Assembly (NCBI GenBank): GCA_965659665.1
Contig: CBFHWU010000002.1
Span: 12,336 to 76,335, forward strand
Length of the DNA stretch: 64,000 bases
Origin: Flavobacteriaceae bacterium
Lineage (GTDB): Bacteria; Bacteroidota; Bacteroidia; Flavobacteriales; Flavobacteriaceae
Direction of reading: 5' to 3'
Part shown: in pieces, positions 9,751-21,368 of the stretch
How positions within the stretch are numbered: position 1 is the stretch's first letter
How the letters are laid out: each line of letters begins with the position of its first letter
Notes under the pieces: model-generated
Told to the model about the DNA's origin: nothing
The model's input: only the letters and a program-made list of their open reading frames with translations
Database searches by the model: none
Program-made: the position numbers and the translations under genes

Positions 9751-11028
9751 ATGCTACAAGAGTTTAAGCAAATCATTGACACTAAATTTCATTTTTTGAA
9801 TAAGGCCCATGTTTTGGTAGCTGTCAGTGGCGGACTCGACAGTATGGTATTGTTGCACTTAATGAAATCGTTACAACTAAATATAATTGCTGCCCATTGC
9901 AATTTTGGCTTAAGAGGCCACGAAAGTGATGAAGATGCACATTTTGTAAGATCCTATTGCGAGATGCATCGAATTCGTTGTTTTGTGAAGCAGTTCGATA
10001 CGAAACACCCTAAAAATTCAATTCAAGTAGCTGCTCGAAATATTCGTTATCATTGGTTTGACAAATTGTGTGACTCTCTTCAATTAGATTATATTGCAAC
10101 TGCGCACCATAGTGACGATCATCTAGAAACGTTTTTGATTAATTTCACCCGAGGTTCTGGCTTGGGGGGGTTAAAAGGAATTCCGCTTCAAAATAGAAAT
10201 ATCGTTCGCCCCCTTTTATCATTTTCGAAAGCACAACTTCTTAATTTTGCCCAAACCCATAAGTTGGTTTGGCGTGAGGATTCGTCAAATGCCACTGATG
10301 ATTATTTACGCAATTCGATTCGTCATCATGTCGTTCCTGCTTTAAAAGCTGTTGATCAAAAATCATTTAACCAATCTTTACTATCCATCTCGTATTTAAA
10401 TGATGCCCATCAAGCCCTCGAGAAACACATAAATGAGGTTAAAAGTACTGTTTTTAAACCCATTAAAAATGGACATAAAATCTCGTTAAAAAAACTTCGT
10501 AAATTATTTCCTTTGCGTTTCTGGGTTCATCAATTTTTTAACCCTTATGGATTTCATTATAAAGAAGTGATCAAGCTAACCAATAGTGAAAAGGGAAAAC
10601 ACATATTTTCTGGTACCCACCGATTAGAACAAACACAATATGGATTATTCTTGACCTTAAAAACGACATTTGATCATACCGAACAATACGAAGTTTTTGA
10701 AGATGGAATAAAAGAACCTATTATTCTTGCTGTAGAATTAAATCCTCAAGAGGTAGATTTAAATGCTCATGTAGCCTTGTTGAATCCAAAAATGATTAAA
10801 TTTCCACTCGTTTTGCGCCGTCACCAAAAGGGCGATCGATTTTTCCCTGTAGGGATGAAAGGATCAAAAAAAATTTCGAAGTATTTTAAAGATGAAAAAA
10901 TGACTTCTGATGAAAAAATGGCACAATGGTTGCTCACTTGTGGGAATCAAGTGGTTTGGGTAGTGGGCAAACGAGTAGATAAAAGATATGCCTCGACAGT
11001 AACACCAATTAAAATTTCAATAAAATGA
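9751..11028 (+). CDS. tilS: tRNA(Ile)-lysidine synthase
   Basis: 425-aa ORF with the PP-loop SGGLDSM and a TilS-like C-terminal domain. Confidence 0.88.
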   Translation: MLQEFKQIIDTKFHFLNKAHVLVAVSGGLDSMVLLHLMKSLQLNIIAAHCNFGLRGHESDEDAHFVRSYCEMHRIRCFVKQFDTKHPKNSIQVAARNIRYHWFDKLCDSLQLDYIATAHHSDDHLETFLINFTRGSGLGGLKGIPLQNRNIVRPLLSFSKAQLLNFAQTHKLVWREDSSNATDDYLRNSIRHHVVPALKAVDQKSFNQSLLSISYLNDAHQALEKHINEVKSTVFKPIKNGHKISLKKLRKLFPLRFWVHQFFNPYGFHYKEVIKLTNSEKGKHIFSGTHRLEQTQYGLFLTLKTTFDHTEQYEVFEDGIKEPIILAVELNPQEVDLNAHVALLNPKMIKFPLVLRRHQKGDRFFPVGMKGSKKISKYFKDEKMTSDEKMAQWLLTCGNQVVWVVGKRVDKRYASTVTPIKISIK

Positions 11029-13007
11029 AACACCTACTTTATTTATTATTTCTTGTTTTTTCGTGGAACTCTTTGTCTCAAGAGGCAATAAGTTGGCAGA
11101 CACAAGCACGAAAAACAGATTCGCTATCCTATGACATTGTGTTAAAAGCAACCATTGAACCTCATTGGCATTTGTATGGCATAAATATGCCTGAATTTGG
11201 GCCTTTGCCTACGCAATTTGAATTTGAAAATGTTGAACTTGTTAATGATGTGCAGCACTCTGAAATCATTAATGCATATGACCCCATTTTTGAAATGGAG
11301 TTGAATTATTTTGATGACTATGCCGAGTTTTATCAATCCATTAAACTCAAAAACCCTGACGATACTTTTGTAAATATTAAGGTAACTTATCAAGCATGTG
11401 ATGATAAAGTATGCATTTTTAGAGAAGAAACTCTAAAAGTAAGCTTGTCAGGTTCCTATGATCAACAACCTAAAGAAGATTTAACATCATTTGATGACAA
11501 AACAACATATTCGCTTAAATTAGCCCTTAAAAACACTGAACTTCTCACAGCGACTAGTGAGTCTGATCCTACAGCTGATGGATATTGGACCGTTTTTCTT
11601 TTAGGTTTTTTAGGGGGGCTTATCGCAATTCTTACGCCATGTGTTTTTCCGATGATCCCGCTTACTGTATCCTTTTTTACCAAACAGTCAAGCGATCGAA
11701 AACAGGGATTGTCTCATGCGGTTTTATATGGGTTTTTTATTGTTTTAATTTATTTATTGCTCAGTATTCCATTTCACTTTTTGGATTCGGTCAATCCTGA
11801 GCTTTTGAATACCATTTCTACCAATATGTGGTTGAATGTATTTTTCTTTTTGATATTCATGTTTTTTGCTTTTTCATTTTTTGGATATTATGAACTTACA
11901 CTTCCCGCTTCTTGGGCCAATAAAATCGACTTTGCATCAAATAAATCTGGAGGAATTATTGGTATTTTTTTAATGGCACTTACCTTGGCTATTGTTTCTT
12001 TTTCGTGTACAGGCCCTATTCTAGGATCTTTGTTGGTTGGTTCATTAAGTGCAGAAGGGGGTGCTGTGCAATTGAGTATGGGAATGACAGGTTTTGGATT
12101 GGCATTAGCCTTACCTTTTGCCTTTTTTGCTTGGTTTCCTAATGCGTTAACGTTAATCCCTAAATCAGGCCAATGGATGAATACCATTAAAGTGGTTTTA
12201 GGTTTTTTAGAGCTCGCATTGGCGCTTAAGTTTTTGTCTAATGCCGACTTGGTGAGTCACTGGGGAATCCTTAAAAGAGAAATATTACTGGGATTATGGG
12301 CGATGATTTTTTTGGCGCTTGCCTTGTATCTGTTCGGGGTATATCGTTTTCCTCACGAAACCAAAGAAAAAATTTCGAAAGGACGGTATGGATTTGCATT
12401 TCTAAGCTTTGCTTTTACGGTCTATCTACTCTCGGGGGTGCTTCCTTATCAAAACACTAATTTAAGTTTGCTGGCTGGTTTTCCTCCCCCTACATTTTAC
12501 AGTATTTATGCTCAAAACTCGGATTGTCCTCTAGGCTTGGATTGTTACAAAGATTTTGAGGATGGACGAATAGTTGCTGCTTTGCAGAACAAACCGATCC
12601 TATTGGATTTTACAGGGTGGGCGTGTGTCAATTGTCGAAAAGTAGAAGAAAATGTATGGAGTGATCCTGAAATTTTTAAACTGATCAACGAAAATTTTGT
12701 TTTGATTTCCCTTTATGTTGATGATCGTAAAGCTTTGCCTGATAATGAGATATTTGATATTACATATGCTTCAGGAAGAGTTCGAACCATTGAAACAGTG
12801 GGTCAAAAATGGGCTGCATTTCAAGCCATTAATTTTCAATCCGTTGCACAACCACATTACATTTTGATGATGCCTGATGGCACTATATTAGCACCTGCTC
12901 AGCAATACACTGATATTGTTACATACAAATTATGGTTAAAACAAGGATTAAAAAATGTGCCTATTCAATCCTCAGAGCTCAGCTGGGAATACGAGCCAGA
13001 GAAGTAG
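11025..13007 (+). CDS. DsbD-like thiol:disulfide interchange protein (N-terminal periplasmic domain, multi-TM core, C-terminal thioredoxin domain)
   Basis: 660-aa ORF with a signal peptide, a multi-TM region containing PCVFPMIP, and a C-terminal WACVNC CxxC motif. Confidence 0.8.
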   Translation: MKHLLYLLFLVFSWNSLSQEAISWQTQARKTDSLSYDIVLKATIEPHWHLYGINMPEFGPLPTQFEFENVELVNDVQHSEIINAYDPIFEMELNYFDDYAEFYQSIKLKNPDDTFVNIKVTYQACDDKVCIFREETLKVSLSGSYDQQPKEDLTSFDDKTTYSLKLALKNTELLTATSESDPTADGYWTVFLLGFLGGLIAILTPCVFPMIPLTVSFFTKQSSDRKQGLSHAVLYGFFIVLIYLLLSIPFHFLDSVNPELLNTISTNMWLNVFFFLIFMFFAFSFFGYYELTLPASWANKIDFASNKSGGIIGIFLMALTLAIVSFSCTGPILGSLLVGSLSAEGGAVQLSMGMTGFGLALALPFAFFAWFPNALTLIPKSGQWMNTIKVVLGFLELALALKFLSNADLVSHWGILKREILLGLWAMIFLALALYLFGVYRFPHETKEKISKGRYGFAFLSFAFTVYLLSGVLPYQNTNLSLLAGFPPPTFYSIYAQNSDCPLGLDCYKDFEDGRIVAALQNKPILLDFTGWACVNCRKVEENVWSDPEIFKLINENFVLISLYVDDRKALPDNEIFDITYASGRVRTIETVGQKWAAFQAINFQSVAQPHYILMMPDGTILAPAQQYTDIVTYKLWLKQGLKNVPIQSSELSWEYEPEK

Positions 13008-13444
13008 AGTAAGGGTAGTCCTCCGTTGATGGTTCCCGAATGTACTTGTCCGATATATATCCAATGATCGCCACCTTCGTGACGCTCCGTTATATCTCCT
13101 TCAAGATAGGCGACCGAATCCTCAAATATTGGAGCTTTGGTATCGGGTAGAAGTTTAATGTTTTCAAAACGTTCATCAGCTCCTAGTTTGCTACTTGCAA
13201 AACGATTAGAGATGTCTTTTTGATGTTCAGTTAAAATATTTATTCCAAAAATAGCAGAAGACTGAAACGCAATATTGGAATGCGCCTCTTTTGCTAAACA
13301 GAATAAGATTAAAGGAGGATCTAACGAAACAGAAGTAAAAGAGTTGGCGGTAAATCCAATATTTTGAGTGCCATTTATGGTCGTAATTACAGTTATCCCT
13401 GTCGTAAATTGTCCACAAACAGAACGGAAAGTATTTTTATTCAT
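12965..13444 (-). CDS. flavin reductase-like FMN-binding protein
   Basis: 159-aa ORF with a Flavin_Reduct-type N-terminus (FRSVCGQFTTGITVITT). It is convergent with the dsbD-like gene and overlaps its 3' end by 43 nt. Confidence 0.7.
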   Translation of the reverse strand: MNKNTFRSVCGQFTTGITVITTINGTQNIGFTANSFTSVSLDPPLILFCLAKEAHSNIAFQSSAIFGINILTEHQKDISNRFASSKLGADERFENIKLLPDTKAPIFEDSVAYLEGDITERHEGGDHWIYIGQVHSGTINGGLPLLYFSGSYSQLSSED

Positions 13445-13523
13445 TACTGCAAATAAAGTTAATCTTTTATTAGAAATAAACTACTTCGATTTTTTTTTAT
13501 AAATTTAGTTCAAACCTACGCAT

Positions 13524-15044
13524 ATGCTCACACAAATTTATGGAAGTGCCGTTTATGGAATTGACGCTCTTCGGATCACCATTGAAGTCAACATTGATAA
13601 AGGTATTGGCTACCATTTGGTGGGTCTTCCGGATAATGCAGTTAAAGAAAGTAACTATCGAATTGCAGCTGCTTTGCAACACTCAGGGTATAAATTACCT
13701 GGCAAAAAAATTACCATTAATATGGCTCCTGCTGATATCAGAAAAGAGGGGGCAGCTTACGATTTGCCTATTGCGCTCGGAATATTATTGGCTTCAGGTC
13801 AAATAAATTCAGAAGGTATCGAAAACGTTATGATGATGGGAGAACTTTCATTAGATGGTTCAATACGTTCAATCAAAGGAGCTTTGTCAATGGCTTTGCA
13901 AGCCAAAAAAGAGGGCATTCAACACTTATTGATTCCCTCAAAAAATGCTAAGGAAGCTGCTATTGTGGACGGAATTTCGGTTTATGGGGTTTCAAACATT
14001 AAAGAGGTGATTGATTTTTTAAAAGATCCGAATGCGGCTACATCTACTACTGCTGAGTTAGAACAGCATGTGAATTCCGCACACCCTAAGCTCGATTTTT
14101 CGGATGTAAAAGGGCAAGACTCAATCAAACGCTGCATGGAAATCGCAGCAGCAGGAGGTCATAATATCATTTTAATTGGTCCTCCTGGATCTGGAAAAAC
14201 CATGTTAGCCAAACGATTACCAAGTATTTTACCACCCATGACCCTTGATGAGTCTCTTGAGACAACAAAAATTCATTCGGTAGTGGGTCGAATTAAAGAT
14301 GGTGTTATTATGGAAAGACCTTTTAGGGCTCCACACCACACGATTTCTGATGTAGCATTGGTAGGGGGAGGGAGTTATCCTCAACCTGGTGAGATATCTT
14401 TGGCCCATAACGGGGTATTATTTTTGGATGAACTCCCTGAATTTAAGCGAGGTGTTTTGGAAGTGATGCGCCAACCTCTTGAAGATAGGGAGATTACCAT
14501 TTCACGAGCTAAATTTTCGATTACTTATCCTGCCTCCTTTATGTTGGTGGCAAGTATGAATCCCAGTCCAGGCGGATATTTCCATGACGAATCTCATTAC
14601 GGCTCCAAAAACGAGACACAACGTTATTTAAGTAAAATTTCAGGACCTTTATTGGATCGTATTGATATGCATGTAGAGGTTACGCCTGTACCATTTGAAA
14701 GGTTGACTCAAAAAACAAAATCTACTTCAAGCACAACGATGCGAGACCGAGTGTTAAACGCTCGAAAAATTCAGTTGATACGTTTTGAACAGGACAAAAA
14801 TATTTTTTATAACGCACAAATGTATGGCAAAATGTTACAACGATATTGTGTCCTAAATTCAACGACCATGGACATGCTAAAAGAAGCCATGAATAGATTA
14901 TCGCTATCTGCCCGCGCCTTTGATCGTATTTTGAAGGTCGCCCGAACGATAGCCGATTTAGGAACCTGTACCCATGTCGAAGATCAACATATATCCGAAG
15001 CTATACAATATCGAAACCTTGACCGTGAAGGTTGGTTGGGCTAA
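13524..15044 (+). CDS. Mg-chelatase-like AAA+ ATPase, YifB/ComM family
   Basis: 506-aa ORF with a Lon-protease-like N-domain, Walker A GPPGSGKT and FLDELPEF. Confidence 0.88.
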   Translation: MLTQIYGSAVYGIDALRITIEVNIDKGIGYHLVGLPDNAVKESNYRIAAALQHSGYKLPGKKITINMAPADIRKEGAAYDLPIALGILLASGQINSEGIENVMMMGELSLDGSIRSIKGALSMALQAKKEGIQHLLIPSKNAKEAAIVDGISVYGVSNIKEVIDFLKDPNAATSTTAELEQHVNSAHPKLDFSDVKGQDSIKRCMEIAAAGGHNIILIGPPGSGKTMLAKRLPSILPPMTLDESLETTKIHSVVGRIKDGVIMERPFRAPHHTISDVALVGGGSYPQPGEISLAHNGVLFLDELPEFKRGVLEVMRQPLEDREITISRAKFSITYPASFMLVASMNPSPGGYFHDESHYGSKNETQRYLSKISGPLLDRIDMHVEVTPVPFERLTQKTKSTSSTTMRDRVLNARKIQLIRFEQDKNIFYNAQMYGKMLQRYCVLNSTTMDMLKEAMNRLSLSARAFDRILKVARTIADLGTCTHVEDQHISEAIQYRNLDREGWLG

Positions 15045-15125
15045 GGACCCACCCCTAAGTTTTTTCTTTCAATACAAAACCTAAAAAAACAATACAATAA
15101 AACTCACCACAACAAATAAAATGGG

Positions 15126-15851
15126 TCATATTTTTTTATAAACATCATTAAATGGAATTCGGAATCGTTTCCCATAAATTCCTTTTGAATTTCGAATACC
15201 ACATCCAATCACCATATTGATTTCGGGACCACGTCTCAATCCTAAAGCTCTTTTGACAAGCAAACTATCATGCCCTTCCATGGGGCAAGTATCATATCCT
15301 ACAGCAGCCATACTGATCATAAAATTTTGGGCTGCCAGTCCAGCACTTTTTTGAGCAACCACTCTTAGGTCACTTGCACGTGTTTGTCGGTATACGGGTC
15401 GAAATAATCCGACAATTTGCATTAATACATATTTCAAAAGTCCAGTAATTCCCAAAAAATCAGCATATAAGGTTGGAATTCCCTTCTCATAATACATTTT
15501 GATGGTTTTTAAACGTCGTGGGGTAGCTCCTTCGAAAGTGTCAAAGTTGTAGTCAATAAATCTAATATTTGCTCTTGCTCGTTTACGCCATAAATCTTTT
15601 CGACTCACTACCACGACCAATTGTTGTGCAGTCTTGGCAGCTTTTTGATTAAAACAAGCTGTAGCAATTTGTTTTTTAACATCTTGATCAGTGATATGAT
15701 AAAACTCCCAAAGTTGTAGATTGCTGCTTGTGGGGGCCAATGCTGCATTTTCAATACATTTTTTTACTTTTTCATCATCAAGAGGGGTGGTCTCAAAAAA
15801 ACGTACTGAACGTCGGTATTGTATGGCTTCTGTAACTTTTTTTTCAATCAT
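15126..15851 (-). CDS. nitroreductase-family protein
   Basis: 241-aa ORF with the N-terminal RRSVRFF motif typical of nitroreductase-fold proteins. Confidence 0.7.
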   Translation of the reverse strand: MIEKKVTEAIQYRRSVRFFETTPLDDEKVKKCIENAALAPTSSNLQLWEFYHITDQDVKKQIATACFNQKAAKTAQQLVVVVSRKDLWRKRARANIRFIDYNFDTFEGATPRRLKTIKMYYEKGIPTLYADFLGITGLLKYVLMQIVGLFRPVYRQTRASDLRVVAQKSAGLAAQNFMISMAAVGYDTCPMEGHDSLLVKRALGLRRGPEINMVIGCGIRNSKGIYGKRFRIPFNDVYKKI

Positions 15852-17221
15852 TGTAGATATTTAAGAAAAAACTTGACTAAAGGTAATGACTTTTTATAGG
15901 GAGCATAACGTGCTTTAAAATCAAACCTTGTACTTCTGTGGATGTAGGGTTTTTGATGGCTAAATGTATGAAAACTTGTTTTGCCGTGATAGGCACCCAG
16001 TCCACTGTGGCCAATACCTCCAAAAGGGAGATTTCGATTAGTAAATTGAATTACCGTATCGTTAATCACTCCCCCTCCAAATGAAAAAGTGTTCATTAAT
16101 TTTTTTGCCCATCCCTTGCGCTCACTAAAAACATAAAACGAGAGAGATTTTTCATACTGTGTAATCACTTCTTTAATCTCATTTTCGTCTTGGTAAGGGA
16201 TGATGGGAAGAAGGGGACCAAAAATTTCTTCTTTCATCACTAAAGATGATAAATCAGTGACTCTCAATAAGGTGGGTTGAATGTATTTGGTGTGCTCATT
16301 TGTCTTACCACCATAAGCGATCTCTTGATTGTACAATAAAGATGTTAATCGATCAAAGTGATGAGCGTTCACTATTCGTCCGTACTCTTCTGATTGTTCT
16401 GGATTTTCAGAGTAAGATCGTTCGATTTCTTTTTGTAAAGCAAACGTTAAATATTCAACAATAGACTGATGAGCCAAGATATAGTCAGGTGCAATACACG
16501 TTTGTCCACAATTTAAAAACTTTCCAAAAACGATACGTCTTGCGGTTACTTTTATATTTGCTGTTTGGTCAACGATGCAAGGATTTTTTCCTCCTAATTC
16601 AAGCGTCACAGGAGTAAGATGATTTGCAGCGGCTTGCGCCACTTTTTTGGCCACAGAGAGTCCTCCCGTAAAAAAAATATAATCCCAACGGAATGTCAAC
16701 AGTTTTTGAGCTATTTCTGGACCTCCTTGAATCACCTTAACCCACTCAGGTGGAAAAACAATATCTACAATTTTCTGTAGGATTTCAGCAGTATGAGGAG
16801 CATTTTCTGAAGGTTTTAGTACAACAGCATTTCCTGCTGCTATTGCTCCTACTAATGGGGTTAAAGCTAATTGAAAAGGGTAATTCCATGGTGCAATGTG
16901 CAAGGTTAACCCATATGGCTCATGAATGATATAATCCTTAGATGGAAAATTTATAAAAGAAGGTTGGACTTTTGTTGGAGCGCTCAAATGATTAATATTT
17001 TGAACAAAAAAATCAATTTCACTGATAATTTGTGAAGTTTCACTAAGAAAAACTTCTTCTTTAGATTTGCCTAGGTCATCAAACAATGCCTTTTCGATTT
17101 CTTTTTCTTTTTTAAGTATAGTTTCGCGAAGTGATTTTAAAAGTTGTTTTCGTTTTGAAACTTTAAAAGTATACCCATTATTAAAAAAAAGTCTTTGTCT
17201 TTCAATTAATTTCTCCATCAT
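15848..17221 (-). CDS. NAD(P)-dependent aldehyde dehydrogenase (class 3-like)
   Basis: ALDH motifs ELGGKNP and GQTCIAPDY (catalytic Cys). The ORF is open to 17260, but MMEKLIERQ at 17221 gives a family-typical length. Confidence 0.82.
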   Translation of the reverse strand: MMEKLIERQRLFFNNGYTFKVSKRKQLLKSLRETILKKEKEIEKALFDDLGKSKEEVFLSETSQIISEIDFFVQNINHLSAPTKVQPSFINFPSKDYIIHEPYGLTLHIAPWNYPFQLALTPLVGAIAAGNAVVLKPSENAPHTAEILQKIVDIVFPPEWVKVIQGGPEIAQKLLTFRWDYIFFTGGLSVAKKVAQAAANHLTPVTLELGGKNPCIVDQTANIKVTARRIVFGKFLNCGQTCIAPDYILAHQSIVEYLTFALQKEIERSYSENPEQSEEYGRIVNAHHFDRLTSLLYNQEIAYGGKTNEHTKYIQPTLLRVTDLSSLVMKEEIFGPLLPIIPYQDENEIKEVITQYEKSLSFYVFSERKGWAKKLMNTFSFGGGVINDTVIQFTNRNLPFGGIGHSGLGAYHGKTSFHTFSHQKPYIHRSTRFDFKARYAPYKKSLPLVKFFLKYLQ

Positions 17222-17451
17222 CACTAACAATATAACAAATTTCCAAAAAATAAACAACAAACTATCGGACCAACTTTGTAAGTTTGTTTTTTTATTTTTC
17301 TAACTTATTGAATGAAATGAACATCTATAATTAAAATGATTTAAGTTGTTTATTATCATTTAGTTATAATTTTTTTTAATGTGTTGAACATAATTTTACA
17401 TTTTATAAGTGGACCTTCTTGTCAATCACACTGCTATTTTTGTTATGTATT

Positions 17452-19125
17452 ATGAAAAATAAGTTTAGTAAAGCAGTTACTCAAGATCCAAGCCAACCTG
17501 CAGCGCAAGCCATGCTTCACGCGATTGGTTTATCCGACGAAGATCTAAAAAAACCATTAGTTGGAATTGGAAGTACAGGCTATGAGGGTAATCCTTGTAA
17601 TATGCATTTAAATGATTTGGCTAAAGAAGTAAAAAAAGGAACTGAAGCAGTTGATCTGATTGGACTTATATTCAATACCATTGGGGTAAGTGATGGCATA
17701 TCAATGGGAACACCAGGAATGCGTTTTTCTTTGCCATCCCGTGACCTTATTGCTGATTCAATGGAAACCGTTATGGGTGGAATGTCCTATGATGCTTTAG
17801 TAACTGTTGTTGGTTGTGATAAAAATATGCCTGGTGCCTTGATGGCCATGTTACGATTAAACCGGCCTAGTGTTTTGCTTTACGGCGGAACCATTGCTTC
17901 GGGATGTGTCAACGATAAAAAACTGGATATTGTTTCTGCTTTTGAGGCTTGGGGAGAAAAGGTTTCTGGAAGCATCAACGAACAACAATTCAGAGAAGTT
18001 ATTCACAATGCATGTCCTGGTGCTGGAGCTTGTGGAGGAATGTATACAGCCAACACGATGGCTTCAGCCATAGAAGCGTTGGGTATGTCTCTGCCATATA
18101 GCTCTTCAAACCCTGCGATTGGAGAAGCCAAAATAAAGGATAGCATTGCAGCTGGAAAAGCATTAAACTATCTGCTCGAAAATAACATAAAACCCAAAGA
18201 TATTGTTACTAGAAAAGCACTGGAAAACGCGATTAGATTGGTCACTGTTTTAGGGGGATCAACAAATGCAGTGCTTCATTTTTTGGCTATCGCAAAAGCA
18301 GCAGACGTAGTATTCACTCTTGAAGATTTTCAGCGAATTAGTGATACCACCCCATTCTTAGCTGATCTGAAACCTAGCGGAAAATATTTAATGGAAGATT
18401 TGCATCAAGTAGGAGGTATTCCGGCAGTCATGAAGTTTATGTTCGAAGCAGGAATGTTACATGGAGATTGCCTTACGGTGACAGGCAAAACAATAGCGGA
18501 GAACTTATCTGAGGTAAAAGGTTTGCACGATGGTCAGGATGTTATTCGTGATCTCGATCATCCAATTAAGCCCACGGGTCATATTCGGATATTAATGGGC
18601 AATTTAGCCCAAGAAGGTTCTGTAGCCAAAATTACAGGAAAAGAAGGCTTAATTTTTTCAGGTCCTGCACGTGTTTTTGACGGTGAATATGCAGCAAATG
18701 ATGGCATAAAAAATGGACTTGTTGAGAAGGGAGAAGTCGTTGTTATTCGTTACGAAGGTCCTCAAGGAGGTCCTGGAATGCCTGAAATGCTAAAACCAAC
18801 GGCTGCAATTATGGGTGTTGGTTTAGGAAAAGAAGTTGCCCTGATTACAGATGGACGTTTTTCGGGCGGAACACATGGATTTGTAGTTGGTCATATTACT
18901 CCCGAAGCGCAAGTAGGAGGTACTCTTGCTTTGTTAAAAGATGGGGATTTAATAACCATAGATGCTGAAACAAATACCATAAATGTAAAGTTATCCCAAC
19001 AAGAAATACATGAAAGACGATCAAAATGGTCGCCACCTGAATTAAAAGTTAAACGAGGTGTTTTATATAAATACGCCAAAACGGTTTCCTCTGCATCAGA
19101 GGGTTGTGTAACCGATGAAATATAA
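17452..19125 (+). CDS. ilvD: dihydroxy-acid dehydratase
   Basis: Motifs CDKNMPG and [12 protein letters not shown] 17452 ([22 protein letters not shown]) fits the family N-terminus. The 11-codon TTG extension from 17419 is unlikely to be real. Confidence 0.92.
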   Translation: MKNKFSKAVTQDPSQPAAQAMLHAIGLSDEDLKKPLVGIGSTGYEGNPCNMHLNDLAKEVKKGTEAVDLIGLIFNTIGVSDGISMGTPGMRFSLPSRDLIADSMETVMGGMSYDALVTVVGCDKNMPGALMAMLRLNRPSVLLYGGTIASGCVNDKKLDIVSAFEAWGEKVSGSINEQQFREVIHNACPGAGACGGMYTANTMASAIEALGMSLPYSSSNPAIGEAKIKDSIAAGKALNYLLENNIKPKDIVTRKALENAIRLVTVLGGSTNAVLHFLAIAKAADVVFTLEDFQRISDTTPFLADLKPSGKYLMEDLHQVGGIPAVMKFMFEAGMLHGDCLTVTGKTIAENLSEVKGLHDGQDVIRDLDHPIKPTGHIRILMGNLAQEGSVAKITGKEGLIFSGPARVFDGEYAANDGIKNGLVEKGEVVVIRYEGPQGGPGMPEMLKPTAAIMGVGLGKEVALITDGRFSGGTHGFVVGHITPEAQVGGTLALLKDGDLITIDAETNTINVKLSQQEIHERRSKWSPPELKVKRGVLYKYAKTVSSASEGCVTDEI

Positions 19126-19127
19126 TA

Positions 19128-20825
19128 ATGAAAGAAATGTTACATATCTCTGGAGCTGAAGCTGTTATACGGTGCTTACTCGCTGAAAAAGTTCATTTGA
19201 TTTATGGATATCCCGGTGGAGCTATCATGCCCATTTACGATGAACTCTACAAATTTCAAGATCAACTTCATCATGTACTTACTCGACATGAACAAGGAGC
19301 AACTCATGCCGCTCAAGGCTATGCACGTATCAGCGGAGATATTGGGGTATGTATGGCGACTTCTGGTCCAGGTGCAACGAATCTCGTCACAGGAATAGCC
19401 GATGCCATGATCGATTCCACTCCGATGGTTTGTATCACAGGTCAAGTACCTTCCCATTTGTTGGGCTCTGATGCTTTCCAAGAAACAGATATCATTGGTA
19501 TTTCAACGCCAGTAACCAAATGGAGTTATCAAGTCACCAAAGCCAAGGAAATTCCAAGAGTGATGGCCAAAGCATTTTATATTGCGCGCACAGGGCGTCC
19601 AGGTCCTGTACTAATTGATATCACCAAGGATGCACAATTTAGTTTTTTTGATTTTGCTTATACGAGTTGTCAAAAAGTAAGAAGTTATCAGCCAAAACCC
19701 AAAGTTGATTTTTCTCAAATTGAAGCGGCGGCAACCCTTTTAAAAAATGCCAAAAAACCTTTTATTGTGTGGGGACAGGGTGTAATTCTAGGCAAAGCAG
19801 AAGATGAGTTTAAAGCTTTTGTTGAAAAATCTGGAATTCCTGCGGCATGGACTATTCTTGGCGCTTCTGCGTTGTCCACAGATCATCCTCTTAATGTAGG
19901 CATGGTAGGTATGCACGGCAATTATGGCCCTAATAAATTGACAAACGAATGCGATGTTCTTTTGGCAATCGGAATGCGATTTGATGATCGTGTAACGGGA
20001 AATCTTACTACCTATGCGAAACAGGCAAAAATCATTCATTTTGAAATTGATCCAGCTGAAGTCAACAAAAACGTAATGGCTGATGTATGTGTTTTGGGCG
20101 ATGTTAAAGAATCCCTTCCACAACTCACCTCCATGATCGAAAATCGTCAATATCCTGATTGGCTAAACGTTTTTAAAAAATATTATGACATTGAGTTTGA
20201 AAAGGTGATCAATTCAGAACTCAACCCTACCAAAGTCGGTTTGACAATGGGAGAGGTCATCAAAGAAATCAATCGGGCCAGTGACGGAAAAGCTGCTATC
20301 GTAACTGATGTAGGACAACACCAAATGATTGCTTGCCGTTATGCCGAATTTAAAGAGTCAAAAAGTAACATTACCTCGGGAGGTTTAGGAACTATGGGAT
20401 TTGCGCTTCCTGCTGCATTAGGGGCTAAGATGGGCGCCCCCCAAAGAGAGGTAGTTGCAGTTATTGGTGATGGTGGTTTTCAAATGACCATACAAGAGTT
20501 GGCCACTATTTTTCAAACGCAAGCAGCTGTCAAAATTGTTGTGCTAAATAATGGTTTTTTGGGAATGGTACGACAGTGGCAACAACTTTTTTTTGACAAA
20601 CGTTATGCTTCAACTGAAATGGTAAATCCTGATTTTATCAAAATAGCAGAAGGGTATTTTTTAGACGCTAAAAGAGTTAGCGCACGTGAAGATCTTGCTG
20701 GAGCAGTTGATGAAATGATACAATCTAATAAACCTTATTTTTTAGAAGTTTGCGTTGAAAAAGAACACAACGTGTTTCCGATGGTTCCTTCAGGGGCATC
20801 TGTTTCAGACATTCGCCTAAGTTAA
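19128..20825 (+). CDS. ilvB: acetolactate synthase large subunit
   Basis: 565-aa ORF with the ThDP motif GDGGFQM...NN. It begins 2 nt after ilvD. Confidence 0.92.
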   Translation: MKEMLHISGAEAVIRCLLAEKVHLIYGYPGGAIMPIYDELYKFQDQLHHVLTRHEQGATHAAQGYARISGDIGVCMATSGPGATNLVTGIADAMIDSTPMVCITGQVPSHLLGSDAFQETDIIGISTPVTKWSYQVTKAKEIPRVMAKAFYIARTGRPGPVLIDITKDAQFSFFDFAYTSCQKVRSYQPKPKVDFSQIEAAATLLKNAKKPFIVWGQGVILGKAEDEFKAFVEKSGIPAAWTILGASALSTDHPLNVGMVGMHGNYGPNKLTNECDVLLAIGMRFDDRVTGNLTTYAKQAKIIHFEIDPAEVNKNVMADVCVLGDVKESLPQLTSMIENRQYPDWLNVFKKYYDIEFEKVINSELNPTKVGLTMGEVIKEINRASDGKAAIVTDVGQHQMIACRYAEFKESKSNITSGGLGTMGFALPAALGAKMGAPQREVVAVIGDGGFQMTIQELATIFQTQAAVKIVVLNNGFLGMVRQWQQLFFDKRYASTEMVNPDFIKIAEGYFLDAKRVSAREDLAGAVDEMIQSNKPYFLEVCVEKEHNVFPMVPSGASVSDIRLS

Positions 20826-20829
20826 TTTT

Positions 20830-21357
20830 ATGGAACAAAAAACATACACTATATCCATTTACACTGAAAATAACATCGGATTATTGACTCGTATATCCTC
20901 AATTTTTCTCAAACGCCATATTAATATTGAAAGTTTAGTATGCTCTCCTTCTGAAATCAATACTGTTTTTCGATTTGTTGTTGTTGTAAAAATTACAGAA
21001 GAACAAGTAAAAAAAATTGTAAAACAAATAGATAAACAAGTTGAAGTAATTAAAGCCTATTACCATACCGACCAAGAAACTATTTTTCAAGAGTCGGCTT
21101 TATACAAAGTAGCTTCTAAATCCCTGTTTGAAGAAAAACAAATTCAAAATTTCATCAAAAAAAGTCATGCCAGTATCGTTACGGTAAATCCTGATTTTTT
21201 TGTGATTCAAAAAACAGGTTTTAGGCACGAAACAGAACAATTGTACAACGATTTGGAACCATTTGGTTTATTACAATTTGTTCGATCAGGTCGTATATCA
21301 GTCTCAAAAAAACCTATGGATATCTCACAACTTTTAAAACAATTGACAGAAAATTAA
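20830..21357 (+). CDS. ilvN: acetolactate synthase small (regulatory) subunit
   Basis: 175-aa ORF with an ACT-domain N-terminus ([16 protein letters not shown]), immediately after ilvB. Confidence 0.85.
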   Translation: MEQKTYTISIYTENNIGLLTRISSIFLKRHINIESLVCSPSEINTVFRFVVVVKITEEQVKKIVKQIDKQVEVIKAYYHTDQETIFQESALYKVASKSLFEEKQIQNFIKKSHASIVTVNPDFFVIQKTGFRHETEQLYNDLEPFGLLQFVRSGRISVSKKPMDISQLLKQLTEN

Positions 21358-21368
21358 TTCAATTACAA

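Noticed and set aside
17419-17451. TTG-initiated 11-codon extension of ilvD ([10 protein letters not shown]) as an Ile/Leu-rich attenuation leader peptide.
   Set aside because: It is in frame with ilvD and fused to it with no stop codon. It is therefore not a separate leader peptide but probably just upstream sequence.
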